From NCBI RefSeq assembly GCF_014280195.1, contig NZ_CP047960.1:1470001-1502000 (forward strand): DNA of 32,000 nucleotides, written 5' to 3'. The notes beneath the pieces were generated by a model. The model had not been told where the DNA came from. It did not search any database and saw only the letters and a program-made list of their open reading frames with translations. The number at the start of each line of letters is the position of its first letter. The first letter of the stretch is position 1. Source of the stretch: Synechococcus sp. A15-24 (GTDB lineage Bacteria > Cyanobacteriota > Cyanobacteriia > PCC-6307 > Cyanobiaceae). A program made the position numbers and the translations under genes. Shown piece by piece: positions 9,089 through 15,182 of the stretch.

Positions 9089-9195
9089 TTTCAATATTAG
9101 CCTCTTTGTCAACCGTATTTTAGTATCTAGTACGACAGAGTGGCATGGCATTAGCGCTTTAATGATAATTAAAACGTAATCGATAGTGAAATAGA

Positions 9196-9375
9196 ATGTC
9201 TATTTATTGCTTATCTAGTGTGTCAAGCGTCCACTCACAAGGGCGAGCAATCAAGATCTCGTTGACCACTGTATTGGGAGCTGCTGAGGCATTTATTGCC
9301 AAGTACGCAGAGTGGATCAATAGTCACGGCGTTGATCTCACCTCGGCTCAACCAAGCGAATGGGCGGCTAGCTAA
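9196..9375 (+). CDS. Possible small ORF, 59 aa
   Basis: ATG ORF just under the track cutoff (MSIYCLSS...AFIAKYAEWINSHGVDLTSAQPSEWAAS). It precedes repeat copy R1. No other support. Confidence 0.2.
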   Translation: MSIYCLSSVSSVHSQGRAIKISLTTVLGAAEAFIAKYAEWINSHGVDLTSAQPSEWAAS

Positions 9376-9445
9376 AAATCAGTGTTGGCAGCGGTTCAGA
9401 TCCTTGGAGCGTTCTGTGTCAGAAGGTCAGCGGCATAACCAACGC

Positions 9446-9505
9446 TTAGCCAGCTCCAGGAGCCCAACCAGCCTCAGTACGCCAAGTTGGTGCTAGAGCT
9501 TGCAC
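9446..9505 (+). repeat. About 60-bp imperfect direct repeat, copy R1
   Basis: TTAGCCAGCTCCAGGAGCCCAACCAGCCTCAGTACGCCAAGTTGGTGCTAGAGCTTGCAC. It is about 90 percent identical to 9808-9869. It contains a CCAAC...GTTGG hairpin. Its 3-prime end (GGTGC-N8-GCACC then GGTTTTT) looks like a terminator. Confidence 0.8.
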
Positions 9506-9604
9506 CGGTTTTTATGCGTGCTGAAGTTTTCCAGATGGTTCGATCCAATACAGTTCACACCCCTAAAGGAGCTTTACAACGGACTTACAACTGAAGGAGG
9601 TGCC

Positions 9605-9799
9605 ATGAGTCGATCAAGGTCGTACAACCGCTTTCATCGTTATCTGGCTCGGCAGAAACGCCGTGGACTGCGCTCCGTCCTGCCGCAGTACCAGATGGAG
9701 TATGAGTACTACGGAACGCCCATTGATCACAGCCAAGACATGCTCAACAGGCTGAAAGGACGTGAAATCGAGCTTGAGCTGCTGGAAGCTCAGGCCTGA
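9605..9799 (+). CDS. Hypothetical small protein, 64 aa, with a basic N-terminus and acidic C-terminus
   Basis: ATG preceded by a strong SD (GAAGGAGG) 4 nt upstream. The product is MSRSRSYNRFHRYLARQKRRGLRS... The track ORF start at 9500 is judged too long. Confidence 0.5.
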   Translation: MSRSRSYNRFHRYLARQKRRGLRSVLPQYQMEYEYYGTPIDHSQDMLNRLKGREIELELLEAQA

Positions 9800-9807
9800 C
9801 TAACTAA

Positions 9808-9869
9808 TTAGCCAGCTTCAGGAGCCCAACCAGTTTCAGCACGCCACGTTGGTGCCCAGAGCTTGCAAC
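9808..9869 (+). repeat. About 60-bp imperfect direct repeat, copy R2
   Basis: TTAGCCAGCTTCAGGAGCCCAACCAGTTTCAGCACGCCACGTTGGTGCCCAGAGCTTGCAAC. It starts 9 nt after the stop of the 64-aa ORF. Confidence 0.8.
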
Positions 9870-9973
9870 TCTTCTGAGAAGGGCGCCTGGGCCAGCTGGC
9901 CTCAGAGCCTTCGGTGGAACGCACAACGTGATCGACATTAATTGAACGGGCAGAACGTTGAGCTCAGCTCGCT

Positions 9974-10357
9974 TTGACTGACTTCTCAGAGCTAGAGGCG
10001 CATCCCGGCAATCGTGACTTCGAGAGAGTCAATGCACTGGTCTGCATGGGCTGGGAAGGCATCGAGTCAGCAGCAGTCCAAGAAGAGCCAACAGCAGAAC
10101 TCTTCATCGCAGAAGACAAGAGCTTCGTGGAATGCACATGGACCGCAGGCTTCAGCCTGAGTTCAGGCTCCTACGAGTTTTACGGCGAGGGCGAGACCTA
10201 CACCGGTGAAGAGGATGCTGTCGAGAAGTACGACACCAGTTCACTGGAGGGCGGCCTTCAGGTTGCAGTGAGAGTTCTTGAGGAATTGCTTGGCGATGAC
10301 CAAGTCGAATCAGCAAGAAAGATCGTTGAGCAACTTCAGGAGACCAATCCAGAGTGA
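9974..10357 (+). CDS. Hypothetical acidic protein, 127 aa
   Basis: ORF with a TTG start (alternative ATG at 10046). Strongly acidic and Glu-rich. No motif recognised. Confidence 0.5.
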   Translation: MTDFSELEAHPGNRDFERVNALVCMGWEGIESAAVQEEPTAELFIAEDKSFVECTWTAGFSLSSGSYEFYGEGETYTGEEDAVEKYDTSSLEGGLQVAVRVLEELLGDDQVESARKIVEQLQETNPE

Positions 10358-10434
10358 TTCCGGCTTAGTTCCTGAACAGCGCCGCCTCCGTATTCACTGC
10401 GCATTCCTAATCAACTCGTCAAACTAGTCCAACC

Positions 10435-10462
10435 AAAAAGAAACCCCCGCTTGAGGCAGGGG
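10435..10462 (-). terminator. Intrinsic terminator for the DUF4278 gene
   Basis: On the minus strand: CCCCTGC-CTCAA-GCGGGGG followed by TTTCTTTTTGG. Confidence 0.6.
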
Positions 10463-10485
10463 CTTGGGATCTGATTCAGCCTTGA

Positions 10486-10653
10486 TCACTTGGTGTACGA
10501 AGCACCTCGGTAGGTCAGGCGTGGATGAGCGTTGCGAGCGACTTCTTCGCGGCAGGTGTTGTAGTGCTCGCGGCGGTAGGTCAGCTCGACACAAGCTTTG
10601 AGCGAAGGTGCTTGGGCTTCGTAGGAGTGACCTCTGTAGAGAAGAGCAGTCAT
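10486..10653 (-). CDS. DUF4278 family small protein
   Basis: MTALLYRGHSYEA...LTYRREHY...LTYRGASY. The repeated (L)xYRG-x-x-Y signature is typical of cyanobacterial DUF4278. The start is moved to the internal ATG. Confidence 0.75.
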   Translation of the reverse strand: MTALLYRGHSYEAQAPSLKACVELTYRREHYNTCREEVARNAHPRLTYRGASYTK

Positions 10654-10732
10654 GGTTTGTCCCTCAGAAAATTCCAAGTCCCCGTTCCGTGGCTTGGAGT
10701 GTCTGCGCCCCTGCGTACAGAGGTGAACGTTT

Positions 10733-10748
10733 TGTAGCAGTTGCTACA
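10733..10748. promoter_or_regulatory. NtcA-type palindrome TGTA-N8-TACA (TGTAGCAGTTGCTACA)
   Basis: Exact match to the GTA-N8-TAC consensus, extended to a 7-2-7 inverted repeat, in an intergenic region. No canonical -10 box lies at the expected spacing on either strand. Confidence 0.3.
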
Positions 10749-10994
10749 GACAGATCATACGCCCGTGTCAAGCCTATGAACGTGCGTAACAACCTCGCTT
10801 CATCATTCGCGCAGGCTTGTCGCTATCTGTCTTTGTTGAGCCAAGTGCCTGACGGAATGAGGCATTTGCTCAAACCCTACTCAAACTCTCCAAAATTTCT
10901 CAAAAAGCAGTACAGTACTAAAAAGGTGGACTACTCAAAAAGGTCTGATTTTCAATTCTGGCCACAGCCTTGGTTGTGCCGAAAGCTCTTTCAA

Positions 10995-11033
10995 CTCCTG
11001 CCACCTTCACCAGGGGTTGGCAGGAGTTTTTTT
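10995..11033 (+). terminator. Strong intrinsic terminator with no obvious upstream gene
   Basis: CTCCTGCCA-N14-TGGCAGGAG (9-bp stem) followed by TTTTTTT. Confidence 0.7.
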
Positions 11034-11066
11034 ATGCCAAAAAAACCTGATCCCAAGAAGTCACAG

Positions 11067-11258
11067 TCACTCGGCGATTTTCAAAGACTGCTCTAAATGA
11101 TTGACGTGTCTTTCCAGGATAATTTCACGACGGTGCATCTCAAGCTCACGCTTATGGGTTTTCTCATCGATCCGGGAGCGACCACCATTCATCATCTCCG
11201 AGTAAGTAAGAGCTCTTGGTTTTTTTTGAGGAAGGCCCTGGTCGTCCATCCAAATCAT
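11067..11258 (-). CDS. Hypothetical small protein, 63 aa
   Basis: ATG ORF, charged and helical-looking (…EKTHKRELEMHRREIILERHVNHLEQSLK). No family recognised. Confidence 0.4.
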   Translation of the reverse strand: MIWMDDQGLPQKKPRALTYSEMMNGGRSRIDEKTHKRELEMHRREIILERHVNHLEQSLKIAE

Positions 11259-11419
11259 GGATTAATCGATTAACATATTGAACAATCTAGCGTCATTCGA
11301 GAGAATGACGTCCCAATGCATCAATACAGATCAAATCCTTAAGAATTCAGCTCAAACAATTCAGACAAGCGTTCCGAACGAACTATTTCAAGATCAACAA
11401 TCCAACTGAGCTCATTCCC

Positions 11420-12541
11420 TTGACACATGACGCCACCACAAACCTGTCATCAAGAGCCCTTAGGCGCATTGATTTAAACATCAAGCCTTACATGCAAAGC
11501 GACGACGGAATTGCGACCTGGCAAATTATCAACACGATAATCCCGTTGATCATATGCTGCATTGCCATTGGCAATCTCACCAACGAACTAACATCAGTCT
11601 CGCTCGTTTTAGTCCCAGCACTTTTTATATTAATCATTCTATTTTTGAGCAGAAGCTTTTCACTGATGCACGACTGTGGTCACCACAGCTTATTTGGATC
11701 GAAAACTGCTAATCGAATTGCCGCCTTTCTGTTGAGCATTGTCCACGCAATGCCTCATCACCCCTGGTCAAGAGGCCATGCATTTCACCACAAACACAAC
11801 GGTAATTGGAATCGATACAGAGGCCCGTCCGCTCTCACAACACGTCGCGAATACAACGCAAGAAACAAAAGCTCTCAATTCATGTACCAATTTTTACGTC
11901 ATCCAGCAATACTTCTCCCAGGGGGATTCTACTATCTTGTTCTCAAACCAAGAGCAGCACTAATGCTTGGCCTTATTGAGCTCACCGCCAACGCATTCTC
12001 GGATGCATTTTGCAAACTTTCAAGCGGGCAAACATTCAACATAAGCTCATTTATCAACAGTCATAAGTCAAGCTTCTTTTACACTAAAGGAGAAGTTTAT
12101 GACACAACTGCCAATAGCATCTGTGTTTTACTGGCCTGGTATTGGATTGGAAATACGATTGGTCACTGGCATTTTTGGATTTTATATTCAGCCATCATGA
12201 GCGTCAGCGCCGCAATTATGATCGCTGTCTTTTTTGTTCAGCACAATTTCCCAGAATCATATGCTAGCGGCGACAAAGATTGGAGTTACCTCAAGGGAGC
12301 AATTGACGGATCATCTTTTTTAATTATGCCTCGTATACTCAACTGGTTTACAGCAGACATTGCCTACCATCACGTTCACCACTTGTCCGAAAGAATCCCT
12401 AATTACCGCCTTCGTATGTGCCATGAATATAATGAGAACAAATTCAGCAGCGTTAAGCGACTGCAACTTCATCAACTCTGGAACTGCTTTTCATTGATCC
12501 TTTGGGACGACGAAACCTATCAACTCACCTCAATCGATTGA
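11420..12541 (+). CDS. Membrane fatty-acid desaturase family protein
   Basis: Three His boxes in canonical order: HDCGHH, HAFHHKHNG, HHVHHL. Hydrophobic spans lie between them. AT-rich. The start is uncertain (TTG at 11420 or ATG at 11492). Confidence 0.85.
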   Translation: MTHDATTNLSSRALRRIDLNIKPYMQSDDGIATWQIINTIIPLIICCIAIGNLTNELTSVSLVLVPALFILIILFLSRSFSLMHDCGHHSLFGSKTANRIAAFLLSIVHAMPHHPWSRGHAFHHKHNGNWNRYRGPSALTTRREYNARNKSSQFMYQFLRHPAILLPGGFYYLVLKPRAALMLGLIELTANAFSDAFCKLSSGQTFNISSFINSHKSSFFYTKGEVYDTTANSICVLLAWYWIGNTIGHWHFWILYSAIMSVSAAIMIAVFFVQHNFPESYASGDKDWSYLKGAIDGSSFLIMPRILNWFTADIAYHHVHHLSERIPNYRLRMCHEYNENKFSSVKRLQLHQLWNCFSLILWDDETYQLTSID

Positions 12542-12764
12542 CAATGATTTATTTTTACATAAAGCAATGAGAACCTCATTAAACTTCCTTTCGCATTATC
12601 GAAAGAATTCACGTTAAAGATACGTGCTTAGTGCAATAACATCGGTCGTTGTGAGCGCTGGCGGAAAATCAAGATCAACGAATATGGATCGTGAGGCAAG
12701 TCCACCGCAAGGTCCGATGCGCTTTGCCCCCCTGTGCCCCCGATGAGCGACCCTGGTCTAAGGA

Positions 12765-13424
12765 TTGCAATTGTTTTTGGCTGAATCTGAGGCTCTGCAG
12801 AACCTCAGCTCCCATCAATGGTGGGGGCTGATCCATCCGGTGGTGATGATGTTAATCGTCTACCCCGTGACGGGAGCGACGATCCGATTGGGAATCCTGG
12901 CGCGGGAACGGCGATTGGAGATCAACCCGATTGCGGACACGGTGCCCCTTGAGCATGCCCAGCACGGCGCCTGGGTGACCGGCGGAGTTCTGGTGGCGGT
13001 GCTGATCGGCCTCAGCCACAGCCTGACAGGAGCAGAGATCGGCCTCGTGCTGCTGTCGGGTTTTGTGGTGCTGATCGGGTACATCTCCTTACTGCGCAGC
13101 CGCCTGATCTGGCAGCGGCTGCTGGCGGCTGCCATCTCCTGGGGAGGGATGTTGACCCTGGGGCTTCAACCGGCCGTGGAACGGCTGAGTGATCAGCCCT
13201 GGACAGGATTGTTCTGGCAATCCCACTTCTGGATGGGCTGGATCCTCACCGGTCTGCTGCTCAGCTCAACGGTGATCCAACCCCTGATCGGTCGCAGCAC
13301 ACGGCTGCGGCATTGGCATGTCGCCACCAACGTGCTGGTGGCTTTGCTGCTGGCCATGCAGGCGATTTCCGGAAGCCGCGATCTGGTAATCAGCGGCCTG
13401 TTGCGGCTGCATGGAGCAAGCTGA
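12765..13424 (+). CDS. Conserved integral membrane protein (DUF4079-like)
   Basis: 219 aa with 5-6 hydrophobic helices carrying conserved-looking His residues (LIHPVVMM, HFWMGW, HWHVATN). GC-rich core codon usage. The TTG start is uncertain. Confidence 0.6.
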   Translation: MQLFLAESEALQNLSSHQWWGLIHPVVMMLIVYPVTGATIRLGILARERRLEINPIADTVPLEHAQHGAWVTGGVLVAVLIGLSHSLTGAEIGLVLLSGFVVLIGYISLLRSRLIWQRLLAAAISWGGMLTLGLQPAVERLSDQPWTGLFWQSHFWMGWILTGLLLSSTVIQPLIGRSTRLRHWHVATNVLVALLLAMQAISGSRDLVISGLLRLHGAS

Positions 13425-13442
13425 GCTCAAAGCAAGAAACTG

Positions 13443-13667
13443 ATGTCCAAAGCCAGGGATCTGATCAACGCCCATCTGTATCCGGTGCTGGCCACGTTCA
13501 CCGTGATTTACGGCTCGATTCAGATCGCACCCATGGCACAACAGGCCCGCTACCTCAACCGTTGCGTCGAAGCAGCGCCCAAAGGGATTAATACCGCTCG
13601 AGCGGTGATGTTCTGCCACGGCCGACCAGCGATGCCTAACAAGGCAAGTCGAGAATTAAAACTCTGA
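13443..13667 (+). CDS. Hypothetical small protein, 74 aa
   Basis: ATG ORF 19 nt after the preceding gene, on the same strand. Confidence 0.4.
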   Translation: MSKARDLINAHLYPVLATFTVIYGSIQIAPMAQQARYLNRCVEAAPKGINTARAVMFCHGRPAMPNKASRELKL

Positions 13668-13807
13668 ACATTCCCGAGAGCGAATGAATGAATAACGCTC
13701 CGAGTCACATTTTCTTCATTATTCAGATTGTTTTAAGCGGCTTTTGTTGAGATGACCACGCATATCGCCTACTGCTTCGCTTGACTTAGCAGAACGGCAC
13801 CCAGCGA

Positions 13808-14002
13808 ATGACGACGTCGCCAAGAGCACGGCTGAACAGCCTCTTGGCGCATCGCTGGAAGGAGATGGGCGAGCCATCCTTGATGCGTCAGCACAAGTAT
13901 TCATTACTACTGAGGAGCATTCGAGCCGAGAAACGCCTTGTCGCCCTGGAGCTGCTTGATCTCATGCTCGAAGACACTTGCCAACAACTCGACAGGATCT
14001 AA
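13808..14002 (+). CDS. Hypothetical small protein, 64 aa
   Basis: ATG ORF with a helical-looking sequence. The competing minus-strand ORF at 13719-13904 looks less protein-like. Confidence 0.3.
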   Translation: MTTSPRARLNSLLAHRWKEMGEPSLMRQHKYSLLLRSIRAEKRLVALELLDLMLEDTCQQLDRI

Positions 14003-14034
14003 ATCCGTCAAACAGTTTGATCTGATCAAACAGA

Positions 14035-14322
14035 ATGATGACAATCTTGACCCTGCTCCTTCTCTCCTCAGCAGCACATCTCCTCGCTGCCGAAACATCT
14101 CAGTCCCCGAAGCAATGGATCGGTCGCTGTGAGCCGGTCAATGCCGTTGTGATCATGAATCAAGCGCTCAGCGAAGGCAGAACCGACGCAGAAGCCTTCG
14201 CTGCTGTCGTGGAAGCACGGTCATTTGACGGATCAAAAGCTTGCATCGACTTCATGCGAGAAGCCTCCATGAACATGCGGGAGGGATACCCAAAAACGTT
14301 CAAGTCGCTGTGGATGGACTGA
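14035..14322 (+). CDS. Small secreted protein, 95 aa
   Basis: Clear N-terminal signal peptide MMTILTLLLLSSAAHLLAAE. The mature part contains 2 Cys. Confidence 0.55.
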   Translation: MMTILTLLLLSSAAHLLAAETSQSPKQWIGRCEPVNAVVIMNQALSEGRTDAEAFAAVVEARSFDGSKACIDFMREASMNMREGYPKTFKSLWMD

Positions 14323-14385
14323 ACGCGGCCTGGGAGCCACACCAGATCTGGTGTCCCGTACGGCTGAAGCCCTCGGCAATCCAAC

Positions 14386-14409
14386 AAAAAAGCCGCCTCT
14401 GCGGGCGGC
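14386..14409 (-). terminator. Intrinsic terminator (minus strand)
   Basis: On the minus strand: GCCGCC-CGCAGA-GGCGGC followed by TTTTTTGTTG. Confidence 0.7.
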
Positions 14410-14640
14410 CAGGTGATGGGGATATCCACAAGCTAGCTCAGAAACCAAGTGGTGCCAGCCCTTTCCAAATTCAACGTGACGAAGAACACAAAACGGCTGT
14501 CCACAGCCTGTGGAGTGTCAAGGCAGCTCAACAAAGTCTTTACAGAAAACCCACTAGATCTAGTGCATTTTTCAAATTGACCGACCCACAGACCCTATCT
14601 TTGGTGCGTTGGTCGGGTGATGGGGATCGCCTGCGCTCGA

Positions 14641-14665
14641 GCCCCCTGGATGAAGGGGGCTTTTT
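14641..14665 (+). terminator. Intrinsic terminator (plus strand)
   Basis: GCCCCCT-GGATGA-AGGGGGC followed by TTTTT. Confidence 0.7.
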
Positions 14666-14797
14666 GATGGCTGCCAGTCTTCTTGCTTTGAACGCGCCAG
14701 CAACTGAACCATCACAATCACTCAACCCCATCACCATCGGCGAAGGACAGTCCTGGAAACTGGCCCGATCTGACTGGACAGGATTCGAGGACAATCC

Positions 14798-14896
14798 ATG
14801 ACGCTCATCCTCGTGACAACAGGCTTTCTCAGCTTGCTCTGGCTGACGCAAACCCTGGTGAGACGAAACCTGGACAACCGCAAGGACCCGTCATGA
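14798..14896 (+). CDS. Micro-ORF, 32 aa single-TM peptide (MTLILVTTGFLSLLWLTQTLVRRNLDNRKDPS)
   Basis: ATG with GAGGA 6 nt upstream. One hydrophobic helix is followed by a basic tail. Its start overlaps (ATGA) the stop of a 44-aa ORF at 14667-14801. Confidence 0.3.
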   Translation: MTLILVTTGFLSLLWLTQTLVRRNLDNRKDPS

Positions 14897-14901
14897 GGCA
14901 T

Positions 14902-15168
14902 TCACCGTGACGCCGAGCCGTCATGGTGGCGCTCCAGCCTGATCCGTTCATAGTCCGCATCCGACAGCTCCTGCATGCACAACATGGCGCTGAGACGACG
15001 GTGGTATCGGCAGTAGCCGAGAAAGGCATGCACACCGATCAGCAGGCCCCCGAACAGCAGCAACAGCGACTGGTCGGCTGTAGCCCCCACCAGCGCAGAA
15101 AAGCCCCAGGTGAGCAACAACGCCACAAGGGCGCTGCGCATCAACCGTCGTAGGGGCAAGACGACCAT
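14902..15168 (-). CDS. Small 2-TM membrane protein, 88 aa
   Basis: ATG 14 nt downstream of the stop of the 750-aa gene. Two hydrophobic helices and a charged C-terminal tail. Confidence 0.6.
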   Translation of the reverse strand: MVVLPLRRLMRSALVALLLTWGFSALVGATADQSLLLLFGGLLIGVHAFLGYCRYHRRLSAMLCMQELSDADYERIRLERHHDGSASR

Positions 15169-15182
15169 CGGAAAGCCTGACG

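Noticed and set aside
9446-9869. Integron attC sites. The repeats contain GCCCAAC (matching RYYYAAC) and GTTGGTG.
   Set aside because: The two core-like motifs are only 17 nt apart, too short for an attC (about 57 nt or more). GTTGGTG violates GTTRRRY at two positions. No IntI-type integrase or attI is adjacent. Kept only as a cassette-like analogy.
10608-11096. 162-aa plus-strand ORF.
   Set aside because: It overlaps the DUF4278 gene start region in antisense. It runs through a strong intrinsic terminator and into the convergent 63-aa ORF. Its sequence is low-complexity and basic. The region is more likely non-coding or holds a much shorter ORF.
11263-11312. AT-rich palindrome TTAATCGATTAA and hairpin CGTCATTC-GAGA-GAATGACG upstream of the 63-aa ORF and the desaturase.
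   Set aside because: Short palindromes are expected by chance in AT-rich intergenic DNA. There is no second copy and no associated regulator gene. Noted as possible operators only.
14540-14851. 103-aa minus-strand ORF, and the 186-aa plus-strand ORF at 14241-14801.
   Set aside because: Both span intrinsic terminators and palindromes and have non-protein-like composition. Shorter units (micro-ORFs or an sRNA) explain the signals better.
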